A stretch of DNA of 64,000 nucleotides from Prasinococcaceae sp. CCMP 1430 (taxonomy: Eukaryota; Plantae; Prasinodermophyta), in contig RQSC01000028.1 in the NCBI GenBank assembly GCA_013416795.1, positions 995,568 to 1,059,567 of the forward strand. The letters are read 5' to 3'. Shown here piece by piece: positions 40,839-53,146 of this stretch. Below the pieces are notes generated by a model that made no database searches, was not told the DNA's origin, and saw only the letters and a program-made list of their open reading frames with translations. The translations under genes were made by a program, and so were the position numbers. Numbering within the stretch: the stretch's first letter is position 1; each line of letters opens with the position of its first letter.

Positions 40839-42356
40839 TCACGCGTTGTAGCTCGTGGTGGTGACACTGTCCGCAGAGTTCCCAGGCCACAGCGTGTGGA
40901 ACGTGCCCTCCTTATCAGTGCGCTCGTAGCTGTGCGAGCCGAAGTAGTCGCGCTGGGCCTGCACGACGTTGGCTGGCATACGCGCGCGGCGGTAGGTGTC
41001 AAAGTACTGCAGGGAGGCCGACATGGCGGGCGCGGCCACGCCGGTGGAGGCGGCGATGCCCACCACGCGGCGCCAGCTCGCTTCTTTGTCGATGATCTCG
41101 GCGGCAAACTCGGAATCGAGGAAGAGCGCGCGCAGCGACGCGTCGCGGTCGTACGCCTGCTTGATGCGATCGAGGAAGCCAGCGCGGATGATGCAGCCAC
41201 CCTTCCAGATGCGGGCGAGCTCGCCGAGGCTAAGGCCCCACTCCTGCTCAGCGCTCTTGGCGCCGATGAGGTTGAGCCCCTGAGTGTAAGACATAATCTT
41301 GGCCGCGTAGAGCGCGTTGCGCACGTCCGCGATGAGCTGCTCCTTGCCGGGGTTGGCCGAGGCGGCGTTGGCCTCCGCGGGGGGCATCCCGAAGCCGTCG
41401 AGCGCGCCGGACACGTGCATGCGGTCCTCCTTGAGGCCCGAGAGGAAGCGCGCGTCGAGCGCCGCCGCAATGGTGGGAATCGCCACCGAGAGCTCGGCGG
41501 CCTGCTGCACCGTCCACTTGCCGGTGCCCTTCATCCCCGTCTTGTCGAGGATCTTGTCGACGATGTAGCCCTCGGCCTCGGTGTCGGGCATGCCAAAAAT
41601 GTTCGAGGTGATCTCGATGAGGTACGATTCGAGTTCGCCCAAGTTCCATTCGGCGAAGACGTCCTTGAGCTCGTCGTTGGACAGGCCGCCGACGTGCTTC
41701 AGGATGTCGTACGCCTCGGAGATGAGCTGCATGTCGCCGTACTCGATGCCGTTGTGCACCATCTTGACGAAGTTGCCCGCACCGCCCTTGCCGACGTACG
41801 TCACGCACGGCCCGGAGTCGACCTGCGCCGCGACCTTCTTGACGATGTCTTCGACGTAGCCGAAGGCCTTCTCTGAGCCGCCGGGCATCATCGAGGGGCC
41901 GTTGCGCGCGCCTTCCTCGCCTCCGCTGACACCCATGCCGAGGTAGAGGAGGCCCTTCTCCGCGACCTCCGCCGCGCGGCGCTCGGTGTTCTCGTACCAC
42001 TCGTTGCCGCCGTCGATGATGGCGTCACCCTCCTCGAGGTGCTCGCTGAGCGCCGCGATGGTGGCGTCGACCGGAGCGCCGGCCTTGACCAGGATGATGA
42101 TGGAGCGCGGCGTCTGAAGGCTCTGCACGAAGTCCTTGATGTCCTTGTAGCCGCTGACCGAGTCGCCCAGGCCCTCCTTCTCGGCCCGCGCGAGCGTGTC
42201 GTCGACCTTGGACGCCGTGCGGTTGTAGACGGAGATCGGGAAGCCCTTCTCGGCGATGTTCAGCGCCAGGTTCTGTCCCATGACGGCCAGGCCGACGAGG
42301 CCGATCCGCGACTTGGCCACGGCGGCGTCGAGCTTCTCGTCCTCGGGTGCCATCAT
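40839..42356 (-). CDS. PGD: 6-phosphogluconate dehydrogenase (decarboxylating)
   Basis: IGLVGLAVMGQNLALN, GVSGGEEGARNGPSMMPGG, VKMVHNGIEYGDMQL, KGTGKWT, IWKGGCIIRA, QAQRDYFGSHSYER. Confidence 0.98.
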   Translation of the reverse strand: MMAPEDEKLDAAVAKSRIGLVGLAVMGQNLALNIAEKGFPISVYNRTASKVDDTLARAEKEGLGDSVSGYKDIKDFVQSLQTPRSIIILVKAGAPVDATIAALSEHLEEGDAIIDGGNEWYENTERRAAEVAEKGLLYLGMGVSGGEEGARNGPSMMPGGSEKAFGYVEDIVKKVAAQVDSGPCVTYVGKGGAGNFVKMVHNGIEYGDMQLISEAYDILKHVGGLSNDELKDVFAEWNLGELESYLIEITSNIFGMPDTEAEGYIVDKILDKTGMKGTGKWTVQQAAELSVAIPTIAAALDARFLSGLKEDRMHVSGALDGFGMPPAEANAASANPGKEQLIADVRNALYAAKIMSYTQGLNLIGAKSAEQEWGLSLGELARIWKGGCIIRAGFLDRIKQAYDRDASLRALFLDSEFAAEIIDKEASWRRVVGIAASTGVAAPAMSASLQYFDTYRRARMPANVVQAQRDYFGSHSYERTDKEGTFHTLWPGNSADSVTTTSYNA

Positions 42357-43234
42357 GGCCGTCGCAGCGGGGCGCGCGCGCAGCGTGCGGGTGCCTGCGC
42401 GCCCCCGGCACGCACAGCACATGCGCGGCGCCGGGGTGACGCGGAGGCGACGGGGGTTGAGCAGTGTGCCCCATGGCCCGCTCGGGGTGGTAGGGGCTGC
42501 GTCGCGCGCGCTGTGGCGCCGGCAGCAGTCCCACGCCAACACAGCGCTGCGCGCGCGTGCGCCGCTCCGTACTTTTTGCCGCCGACGAAAAGGACAAAAA
42601 AAAGACGCCGGGCAATTTCATTCGCCACTAAAATCAGTTGCAATCAACCCAAAACAGATCGGAAACGACGGATGGTTCTTAATTTCGACCGCGGCGGCCC
42701 GCGAAACACAAAAGAAAAAAGATCTCGCGGCCAGAGCGCACGCGTGGCACGAGCCCCCCACCGAACTCCAACTCCGCCATGTTCTTCAACCAGTGTGCAC
42801 GGACGGGCCAGCCTGTAGATGCTCCCCGCTCCTTGCCCCCCCCTCGTGGGTCTTCCCCCGGCCCCCGTGGGTGTTGCGGCCGCCACTCTTCGGGCCCCAA
42901 GGGGTGCGCGCCTGGGTTCAATCGTAACCTATCGCTGTCGACCGGGATGACCTGCCTGTGGCTCGACACGAACCGAACCCAAAGCTGGAATAACCCTACA
43001 AACAAACCTAAATCAGGCTCGAGCCTTAACCCAAACACAGCGCGCACGCGTACGCGGCTGCTCGCGGCGGCTGCGGCTGGCTGTGCCAGCTGCGAGGGCG
43101 CGCGGGCGGGACGGCGCGCGCCACAACGTGCGCGGGGGGCGATCTCGCTCCTGGTCTCGGTCACGTTCGCGCAGACAGGGGGCCGCGCGTGCGCAGCACG
43201 CTTGGCAGGGCCAAGGCGGCCGCAGGCGGCTGCG

Positions 43235-43810
43235 ATGGGCGGCGGCGAGCGCAAGCGTGCGCGCGACGATAGTGCGGAGGCACCCGCGCCCAAGACGCCC
43301 AAGACGCCCAAGGCGGTGAAGAAGGAGAAGAAGGAGAAGAAGGAGAGGAAGAGCGAGAGGAAGAGCGAGAGGAAGAGCGAGAGGAAGAGCGAGAGGAAGA
43401 GCGACGCGAGTACGGAAAAGAGCAGAAAGAAGGGTGGCAGACAGTCAGTGGCCGCGGAGGCCGCCGAGGGCGCGGCCGGTGGCGCGCGCGCTGCGGAGCG
43501 CCTTGAGGCGGACGCGCCCGGCGGCGCAGGCGGGGGCGAGCAGCAGCGGGAGCGCCCGGGCAGCTTCAAGGAGCTCTACATGGACATGTTCACCGAGGAG
43601 TTCGGCGATGACCTAGACGCGCTGCGCAAGGCAGAGGCTGACGCGGCGACCGCCGGTAGCGGGAGCGGCCTGCGCGTGGCGGCGCTCGTGGCGGCCATCG
43701 AGGCAGGCGCGGATGTGTTCTCCCCTCTGGAGAAGCAGCTGTACGTCGACCACCTACGACCCCCCACGCGCCGCGCCGCTCCAGCGGTGCACTCAAACGC
43801 GCTGCTGTGA
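43235..43810 (+). CDS. Lys-rich protein with an RSA3-like (ribosome assembly 3) C-terminal motif
   Basis: FKELYMDMFTEEFGDDLDALRK...LVAAIEAGADVFS resembles the RSA3 domain; the N-terminus is basic and low-complexity. Confidence 0.7.
   Translation: MGGGERKRARDDSAEAPAPKTPKTPKAVKKEKKEKKERKSERKSERKSERKSERKSDASTEKSRKKGGRQSVAAEAAEGAAGGARAAERLEADAPGGAGGGEQQRERPGSFKELYMDMFTEEFGDDLDALRKAEADAATAGSGSGLRVAALVAAIEAGADVFSPLEKQLYVDHLRPPTRRAAPAVHSNALL
43343..43402 (+). repeat. Five tandem copies of a 12-bp unit (GAGAGGAAGAGC), coding ERKS
   Basis: Seen directly in the sequence. Confidence 0.9.
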
Positions 43811-43984
43811 GCCCTTGTGCCCGCGTGCGCCCCGGCCCACCGTGTAATCCCGATTGTGACAATGTGACGAGATTTCTAAAGATTAGATGCGACGGAATGC
43901 GGGGGTGTAGCTATTCACCGCGCACCCGTCCTCTCTCTACCAGAGAGCCCCAGAGGGCGCGCGACGTTCACGCGCTGCCGCCGC

Positions 43985-46470
43985 TCAGGTTTTGCTGATC
44001 CAGTCGCTCTCGCTCACGAGGCTCTTCTCCATGCCGACGGCGCTGGCTGGCCTTGAGAGGTGCTTGACCTGCGCCGCAGCAGGCATCTTGGACTGGTTGA
44101 GGAAGCGCTTGAGCAGCTCGTCGAGCTGGTCGGGGTCCTGTTCGCGGTCCTTGCCCAGCTGCTCGAGGTTGCTCAGGCGCTCCAGGTTGCGCTTATGGAT
44201 CAGGTCGAGGTTGATGCTCTGAGGCGTCTGCGCACCGCTGGGCAGCTCGTCGCGCTGCGCTCGCGCGTCGACGCTCGCCGCGTCTTTCACGCTGTCGCCC
44301 AGAGGGGGCAAGTCGAGCGAACCCAGGCCGAGCGAGCCGGCTGACGTCCCGCGCGCGTCACCGTCACTCCCCTTGGCGGCCGGAACCTTGGGCGGGAGCG
44401 CGCCACCCTTCGTCGCCGCCTTCTTCGGAGGCGTCGTCGCCCTATTCACGGGGATGAGGGTCGACTCCGCGACCAGCGAGCGGGACGTCATGTTCACGTC
44501 GACCTCGCTGGGCTCAGTCGGTAGCGGCGCGAGGTTGACAAGGCCGCCCGACTGCAATACTGCACCGTCATGTCCATCTGACGGCAGTGGCCGCTCACTG
44601 GCAAGCGCGCGCTCCGCCGGCGCGCGCTCTGGCTCCCGCGCCTCATGCTCGGGTGCGGCAGCCGCTGCGTCGAACGGAATGGTGTCCCTGAGCCTTTCCG
44701 GCAGCATTCGCATCTCGCTGCGCATCTCGGCAGCGGCCGCCAGCATGTCCTCCCCGTACTTCTCGCGGTGCTCGCGGTCCCGCAGCGCCTCTCGCAGGTT
44801 TGCCGCCTCAATCTTGGCGCGCTCTGCGCCCGCCTCGGCTTCCATTGCTTGGGAACGCAGCACGTTGACCTGCTCCATTTGCTCGGTCATCGCCACACGC
44901 ATGGCCTCCTGCTGGGCCTGAAACTCGGCCTTGATCTGTCCCATGATCTCGTCCACGGGGAGGGCAGCCGCCGCTGCCTGCGCGAAGCCCTTGGGATCGC
45001 CGGGATCGCGCTCGTCCATTGGCAGTTGGTCGGTCATGCCACCTACGCGCATGTCTGGCGCCATGTTGAGCGGCGGTGGCTGCTGCAACGCTGGGTGCGG
45101 CTGAAGGGGTGGCGGATCGGCAGCCCGGCCAGGCACCTCGGGCTCGGGCGGCGGACGGTAGCCAGCCACCGCCGGAATCTCGTCATAGTCGGCGCCCGAC
45201 GCTTCTGCGACGCGCTGCTGGTATGGCGGCGGTTTATGATGCGGCCTGGGCCCATCGGCCTGGAGGCGGTGCCGGTGCAGCCTCTCGTGTTTCCTGCGCC
45301 TGGCCTCCTCCTCCTCGCGCAGCTTTTGCTCCAACGCGTCGCGCTCCGGGTCATGCGTCACGACCGGCGTCGGCTCCTGGCCGAGCTGCAGCTTGGCGTC
45401 TCGCTTTTGCCTCTCGCGCTCCTGCTCGCGCTCGAAGACCTCGCGCATTTTCTGCTGCTCGCGCCGCAATCGCTCCTCCTCGCGAGCCTCCTCGGCACGC
45501 TCCCGCTCCTTCTCTGCCTTTTTCCTGCGGCGCTTCTCCTCGATCTGGTCCTGGAGGTCGCGTTGGATCTGCTCTGCCCTGCGCGCCTTCGCGTTCCGCT
45601 CCTCAGGCGTCAAGTAGCCGTACAGGTCGCGCAGGCCGTCATTGCGATCGAACTTGCCGACGGCGTTGCCGCCAGGCACCTGCTGCTCGGCCTGTCCCTG
45701 CCACTGCGAGTAGTCCTGGCCACCATCAGGCGGGTATCCATCCCCGCCGTCGCCGCCGTAGTCCGGGGCGTCAGAGCCCTTCGGGCCCACGGCGCGGTTG
45801 TACGCACCAGGCTGGACGTCGGCAGGCATACCATCTACCGTGTAGCCAGCCCCCATGTTGTGCGCCTTCTGCAGCGCCTTCAGGTCGTTCAGGTCATTCA
45901 CCACGTTGCCGCCGTCGTCCTTGAGCGGCGCTCCGCCACCACCGCGGCCCCAAGGGTTGTAGTTGGCGGCCTCGCGCGCCTTGCGCTCATCCGCAAGGCG
46001 CTCCTGCTTCTTTCGAGCGAGGTCGCGGTCTTTCTTCTCCTGAATCTGCTGTTGCAGGACGCGCGCGTAGTCGGCCTTCTTGGCGTCCTCGCGGGCCATC
46101 GCCGCCTGCGTCACGGGGTCGACCGGCCCACCGCGGCCGTAGGAGTGGTGCACCAGCGCACCGCGGTAAGCGCCCAAGCTGTTGACGGCGCCACCCGTGC
46201 CCGCCCCGGGAGGAGGAGCGTACTGCTGCTGCGGTGGGGGCTGCTGCTGCATGTGCTGCTGCTGGTGCGTCAGCTGCGGTGGACCCATGCCCACCATCAT
46301 GCTCGGCTGCGGGAAGCCACCCGGCTGCTGCATCTGCTGCTGTGCGTGCATCCCTGCCTGCGGTTGGCCGGCCTGCTGCATGTGCGGCGCATAGGCGCCG
46401 TACTGCTGCTGCTGCTGCTGCTGCTGAGGCGGCTCCACGTGCCGGTACATTTGCTGCTGCATGTCCGGTG

Positions 46471-46511
<41 letters not shown>

Positions 46512-47182
46512 CGCCATCCGCCAACCTGATCCCGCCCACCGCCCGGGGCCCACGCGTTGCCCCCACCAGCTCCCCCGCCCAGTGGCGGGGGAGGGAACGC
46601 CTCCTCGCCGCCCATGCGCTGCTGCAGGAGCTCACGGCTGCGCGCGCGCGCGGCGTCGTCCTGCCGCTGCTTTGCAGCCGCGCGGTCCGCAATCTGCCGC
46701 TCCAGGTCGATAGCATACTGGCTCTTCTGCTTGGTGCTCGCGAGCGACCCCTGGCCCTCGCCGCCGCTCCCCAGAAGGCTGGCCACGTGGTCCTCGTGCC
46801 CCGGCGCGGCGTTTGGAGGCGGCTGGATGTAAGCAATCGCGCCGCCGCCCCCGATGCCACCCCCGCGCCTGGATGACTTCTGCTCGGCCTCAGAGGCCAT
46901 CTTGTTCCTGAGGAACTCGTTGTACTCCCTCGCTCGCTCGCTCCGCAGCTGCTGCGCGCGGTTCTCGGCGCGCGCGCCAAAGCCGCTCAGGAAGCCACCT
47001 CCGTCCCCCGCGCCCGCGTCCGCGAAACGAAGCTGCGAGCCTGCCGCCGGCGGCAGCGCTCGCTGCTGCGCCTGCGCCTGCTGGTGCTGTTGGTGCTGCT
47101 GGTGCTGCTGGTGCTGCTGCGCGGCGGGCGCGGCGCCGGCAACCATGCGCTCGCGCACCTTCGCCTCCCACTCGACGTCCAT
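43985..47182 (-). CDS. CSPP1: CSPP1-like centrosome/cilium protein; Gln-rich, with CCDC66-type coiled coils
   Basis: Hallmark YNPWGRGGGGAPLKDDGGNVVNDL, repeated LxxQIxEKK coiled coils, and polyQ tracts. Confidence 0.75.
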
Positions 47183-47348
47183 CGCGGAGGGCCGGTGGGC
47201 CCCTGCGCGCGGCCCTCTTGATTCTCGCCGCCGCGTGTCCGGCCCGCAGGGTGGACTCCGCGGCGGCAGGAGGGGGGTGGGGGGAGGAGGGGCGGTCCGG
47301 CCGCGCGGTCCGCTGGATGCGACCCGCCGGCGCCCGCCGCGAGGGCGC

Positions 47349-47771
47349 NNNNNNNNNNNNNNNNNNNNNNNNNNNNNNNNNNNNNNNNNNNNNNNNNNNN
47401 NNNNNNNNNNNNNNNNNNNNNNNNNNNNNNNNNNNNNNNNNNNNNNNNNNNNNNNNNNNNNNNNNNNNNNNNNNNNNNNNNNNNNNNNNNNNNNNNNNNN
47501 NNNNNNNNNNNNNNNNNNNNNNNNNNNNNNNNNNNNNNNNNNNNNNNNNNNNNNNNNNNNNNNNNNNNNNNNNNNNNNNNNNNNNNNNNNNNNNNNNNNN
47601 NNNNNNNNNNNNNNNNNNNNNNNNNNNNNNNNNNNNNNNNNNNNNNNNNNNNNNNNNNNNNNNNNNNNNNNNNNNNNNNNNNNNNNNNNNNNNNNNNNNN
47701 NNNNNNNNNNNNNNNNNNNNNNNNNNNNNNNNNNNNNNNNNNNNNNNNNNNNNNNNNNNNNNNNNNNNNNN
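47349..47771. other. Assembly gap (N run)
   Basis: Run of n. Confidence 1.
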
Positions 47772-48299
47772 GGCGCCGGCGGTGGTCCGGGCGGGCGCAC
47801 GCACCGCAGGGGCCCGGGCAACAGCGGCGGAGGCGACGTCGCCTTCTCGCGCACGCGGCGGGGCGCGCTGACGCTCGACGAGGTGCACGTGGCCTATCTG
47901 GACGCGGTCGAATCCGCACAGGGCCATCGCGGCGTGGCGCTCGCGACGGTCATTAACGATGCGGGCTCGCGCGCTGCGGACGAGGGCGGCGCCGATGAGG
48001 TGTTCAACACGCCAAGGTGCGCCGTGCGGAGCTCTCCGGGTTCGCCCAAGGGCAAGAAGAGAAAGGTGCGCCGACCAGAGCGACGCTTGGGCGCGCGGCG
48101 TCATGCGCCGTCTTGCGTGCTAACCCGCCACGTCGCTTTCGCCTAGGTCGAGGTCGAGCTCGAGATGCCGGAGGGATACTGGGAGAAGCTCTCGTCGTTC
48201 TGCGAGCAGCACGGAGTCGCGGATCCCGGCAAGGCAGCGCGCGTCGTTGTCGACTGGGCGAGGGACAGGGACGCTGGGCGAACCTCACAAGAGAGCTAG
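47772..48299 (+). CDS. 5'-partial small protein with two ribbon-helix-helix-like repeats; intron 48066-48146
   Basis: LTLDEVHVAYLDAV...GVALATVINDA and VELEMPEGYWEKLSSFCEQHGVADPGKAARVVVDWA. A GTGCGC...CCTAG intron restores the frame. Confidence 0.6.
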
Positions 48300-49931
48300 C
48301 TGGTGAGATATCGATTGAGCGAGCAAAGCGCTGGTTTGCTCGCTTCTCCCCGCTGGCCGCACGTGCAGCGTGCTTAATACCAACGAAGGCGCACACTCGG
48401 CCGTTGCCGATCGTGCACGCATCGCGCGTCGGACCGTCTGCGCGGGCTGCCTCTCTGCCGCAAAGTTTAGGAGATATGCCAGCAGAGACCCAGCGGCGCG
48501 CACCGCGCGCACCCACATCCGCGCTTGTCACTTGCGCGTCGACGACAAAAAAGGGAATTACAAGAGGCCTCTCACGACGGCGCGTGGCGTGCTTGAGTAC
48601 AGGGTGTGAACAGACAGAGGGTGCTTGCCGGACGTGGAGCTCACCCTCGTAGCCCAATGTAGGCCCATAGGCCCATGCCGCCGCCGCCTCTATCGCCACT
48701 GCAGCTGTCGGGGTCGCAGCCCATGCCGTTGAAGTTGGCGAGCTTGAAAATCACGTCGCGTTCGTTCTCGATGTCGTCGAGGGCATCAGTGGTAGCCTCT
48801 GGCACGGTGAGTGCCTCGGCGGCCATCGTCGCGCACGTGGCGGTGTTGCGCGGTGTGTCACCGTCCTCTTCTGCCGCGACGAACGTGCGCGCGACGCGCA
48901 GGCCGCCGTGCAGCGAGCCGCCGAGTGCGCCTGCGCCAACGCGGCTCATCGCCCAGAGCGCAGCGTGCCGGTCTGGAGCTGCGTCGGTTTCCCGCGGCGC
49001 CCTCCCCGCATCGCTCCGCCCGGCGACCGGCACACCCGCGTGCTGCATGCCGGCGGCCTCGACGCGCCGCCCGGCGTCGACACTCTGCGCGGCAGGCGCC
49101 CGGGCGTAGCCCATGCTTGTGCCCCCGCCGCCGCCGCTGCCGCCTGCGAACGGCGCCCGCCAGCTGCACTCTGCTCGCCGCCGCCGCGTCTGCCGCGCAA
49201 TGCCGAGCGCAGTGGGTGCGTACGCGACCTTGGTTGCCAGCCCAAGTGTGGCACCCCCACCGGCGTCGTCGCTCAGCCCCACCACGAAAGGCCTTGCGTC
49301 CTGCAGCACATGTGTCTTGTCTTCGCGATCCCAAGGCATCACCGACGCAGATCTGCCGAACGGGTCCTTGAAGTCGGCCGGCAGCCACGCCACGTTNCCC
49401 TCATCCGCGCGCGCGCGCGAGGCGCCCGGCGGCGGCGCGCGTTTTCCGCAGCGCAATTTCGTTGCATGCCGTGGGAGGCGACCGGATGCGATGCGATGAA
49501 TGAATTTTGCGCCCCGCGTGCGCAGCCGCGGCGCGATTTCGAGCGCGCGCGCGCCCTCAATGCCCCCGCGGCTGCCCAGTCAGCGCGCGCGCGGCCGCGC
49601 GCGTGCTGGCTGCCAGCACGTGCAGTGCGAGGGGCTCAGTCCGGTCGCGCCCTCGGTGTCTCCCTCTCATCCCTCTCACGACATCCGCAGGGCTGTGCGC
49701 ATTGTCGACCGCTTCGTGCGCTCCGAGCGAGAGCAGAAGAGGACTGAGGAATGCGGACCGCCGCGCGGCCGAGGCCGCGCGGGTGCTGAGCTGGCGGCGC
49801 GGCGCCGCCCGCACACCAACAGGCAGGAAGCCAGCGAGCCGGACCAGACCAGGTGTGGCATGCACACTCGAAACCGAGGTACCCGTACCTTGTCCCGTGG
49901 TACCAACCAACCAACCAACGACCAAGTTCAA
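48285..49931 (-). CDS. Probable gene of unknown function; exon structure unresolved (N at 49397, overlapping protein-like frames)
   Basis: Protein-like segments WLPADFKDPFGRSASVMPWDREDKTHVLQDARPFVVGL, DALDDIENERDVIFKLANFNG and RPLVIPFFVVDAQV. Confidence 0.35.
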
Positions 49932-50386
49932 CCAACCAAGTCAACCCCCACGAGTCAGAGTCACTCCTTTGATCCGCCGTAGTGGTAGTATGCAAAGGAG
50001 GAGGTGGGGACACCACGTGCGCGGGGGACGCATGCTTTTTTCGGTCGAAATCAAAATCAGCAAGCGGCAAAGTGCTGCAAGTTGCGGGCGTCCCGCTGGC
50101 GGCGAGGGCGCGTGCCACAGCGCGCGTGCGGGCGCGAGTGCCGTGGGGCGACCTCCCCACCCCCCCACCCCTGCACGCCCTCCCGCCTGCCGGCCCGCCC
50201 GCACCCTACTCCCGACCGCCCGAAAACCAAGGGCGGGGGAAATCTTGGTCCCGCCGCTGCGTTCCGCGTGCGCGCCGGCCGCCACGCGCCAGCTTGAGGG
50301 CCGCGACGCACGCAGGCGGGCGCGCGAGCTCGGCGCAAAGTCGGTGGTAGAGGCGACCTTGACGCCCGGGTGCTCACGCGAGCACC

Positions 50387-51594
50387 ATGCTCGTGGCGAT
50401 CGGCACGTGCGTCGCTTCGCGTGCGATGGGCGCGCACCACCCTGCGCGCGCGCGGCGCCGCGGGGCGTATGCGTCCGCGCAGGCGCCGCGCAAAACGCCG
50501 GGCACGTCCGATGAGTACAACGAGATGATGAAGAAGGTGCGAAGGACGCACACGCGTCGTGATGGCGTTGATCGGCGTCTCTGCGCTTGGGTCCGCCTGC
50601 GTGCGCGCGGCTGACCTGTCCGCGCCGCCTCCCGGGATGCGTGCTCGAGCGCGCGACACAGGCGATGGCCAACCCCTACGAGTACCGCCACGAGGATGGC
50701 ATATACTACACCGTCATGAATCCATCCCTAATCGTCGGCGGCCAACCGCAGAGCGCGGCTGACGTCGAGATGCTCGCGCGTGAGGAGGGCGTCACGCACG
50801 TTATCAATCTGCAGCAGGACAAGGACATCAAGTACTGGGGCATTGACTACAGCGAGATCTCAGACGCGGCCGCGCGTGAGCGCGTGGCCATCGTTCGACG
50901 CCCTGCGGTGGACTTCGATCCAAACTCGCTGCGAAGCATGCTGCCGACGGCTGTCGCGAGCATTGATGCGGCCGTATCCAGCGGTGGGCGGGCGTATGTG
51001 CACTGCACGGCGGGCCTCGGGCGTGCACCGGGCGTGAGTATCGCGTATCTGTACTGGTGTCAGAACATGACGCTCGACGGTGCGTCTGCACTCACGAGTG
51101 CGGCGCGAGGTTGCACTCCACATGCATGCCCCCCCCCCCCGCCGCTCCCTGCCACCCTATCTCTCTCGTGTTCGCGCATGTTCGCGCTCGTAGATGCGCT
51201 GACACGCCAGACGCCACCAATCATCGCAGAGGCGTACGAGTACCTCACGTCGCGCCGCCCCTGCGGCCCCAAGCGCGAGGCCATCCGCGGCGCCACGCAC
51301 GACTTGCTCCGTGTCGAGGGTGCCGCCTCGGCGCTGGCGCACGCAAACTTTGAAGAGGCGCCGGCCGACGCCTTCGCTGAGCTCTCAGAGACAGACCGCG
51401 CTCTCATTTTGCGGAGGCTCAGGGCATCGCCAGAGGCTGCAGAGGTGCTGGTGGCGTCCGCGGACATTGAAGCTGCCCGCGCCGACGCGTACCAAGCCTT
51501 CGCCGCGGCCGACTCCACGCCCTCGCGCCAGGACGACAGTGGCAGGCTGGGCAGCCTGCTAGGCAGGCTCTTCGGCGACAAGCGCGATGTTTGA
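50387..51594 (+). CDS. LSF2: Glucan phosphatase LSF2 (Like SEX4 2); introns 50537-50661 and 51080-51229
   Basis: Transit peptide; DEYNEMMKK|AMANPYEYRHEDG; LIVGGQPQ; NLQQDKDIKYWGID; DFDPNSLR; HCTAGLGRAP; RPCGPKREAIRGAT. No CBM48 domain. Confidence 0.93.
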
Positions 51595-53146
51595 GCGCGA
51601 GGCGGCCGAGCCGGCCTCGCGTAAAATTCGAGCGTATCTTTGTTCTGGACAGTCCTAGCACTCGGGCTGGCTGGTGCTCCGCCCCAGCCCCAGGGCCGGT
51701 CAGGTTGGCATCCGACCGGGTCTATCCTTGCAAGACCCGCAATATCAACCGCAACCTCGCGCTCAGTCCGTGTTCGACACGGGCGGACCCGGGATCGGCG
51801 GCGCGGGCGTCCCCCCCGCCGCGCCGCGCGCCGTCATCCACAGAAAAGCCGCGCCTCGGAATTTCGGCGCGGTACCTTCCCGCGATACCTGTGCGGTCGC
51901 ATATTTCGGAGGTCCTTACGGGCGCGTGTTTCGCGCCGGCGTTTCCGGAGGCGCCCCGCGGTCGCGCCACACGCGCTCCCCCGATCCGCACCGCGCGTGA
52001 TGCCGCGCGCACCGGCGACGCGCCCCCTGCGGTCCTGCGCAATTCATAAATCAAAAGACAAGTCTTACGACTGGAGGGATTCCAATGGAATCCTATTTTT
52101 TTTACGAATCAAGGCAGGCGCAGCACGCGGCGGCGGCGTGCGCGCGCGGCGCGCGCGCGCCGCTCGCGCCGGCGATCCTGAGCGGTGAACGAGGGGAGGG
52201 TGCCACTCTGGTTGGGGGGCCTCGCGGCGTCGTCGGGGCGCTACGCTGCGCTGCCACCGCGGCGGCGGAGAGGGAGGTCGAGGAGACGCAATGGCGTGCG
52301 CGATGGGCGCAGCGGCGCGCGCGGCCGCGCGCGCGCCTGAACTTACACGACCCTGATCCATATGTAAGTCGTCTGCAAAGGATTTATCGCGGGCGCCGCC
52401 GTTTCATCCTTTCGGTGTCTGCGGAAGGCCGTCCGAATTCTCACACCGCGCTTTTCAGTCGCGTCAAGTCTGTGGTGCCACAGGGAACGGCGGTGTAGAA
52501 ATGTGCGGAGGCAATAAGATGAAGACGCGTCGCCGGCCGCCGCGCGCGCGCGCGTGGCGCGCGCGCGGACCGATCGGGGAACGCGCGCGCGACCGTTCGG
52601 GGAACCGCGCATTGGAAATCATACACTGTACGCATTCCAACGTCCACAGACAGGGCATTTTCACACCCTGCAGAGCAGCCACATTCATACGTACTCATCG
52701 GACGCGATGGACCTGGAAAAATCGGTTGGAAATCCACGCGCACGTGGCCTTCCACCCACGCACCGACCGTCGGCCGGCCCTCGTGCGACGCTCGCGGGCG
52801 ATCGCGCTCCTGCGTACAACACGCTCCACCGGCTCGACGACAGAGCACCGGGCTGCGCGATGCGAGCGAGGCTGGGGCGCGCGCGCGCGGCGCCGTTGTG
52901 AGGAGGTTGTTATCGTATCTATCGCATCCCGCAGAGTTCCTCCTCGACCACCCCACCCCCCAACCAGCTGTCTGTGCACTGCACTGCACGTGCGCGCTGC
53001 ACACCACGTGCGGGGCGACGCAAGCGGGCGCGGTCCACCGGCTACTGATGTGGATCGCTTGGACGGCGTCGCGGCGCGCGGCGCGCGGCGCGCACCCCCC
53101 GCACGACTCGCTCGTTGTGCGCGCGCGCCCGCCCGGCCGCGGCCGG

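Noticed and set aside
52000-53140. Several overlapping ORFs between LSF2 and HCF136
   Set aside because: No frame has recognisable motifs or consistent splice signals; left unannotated.
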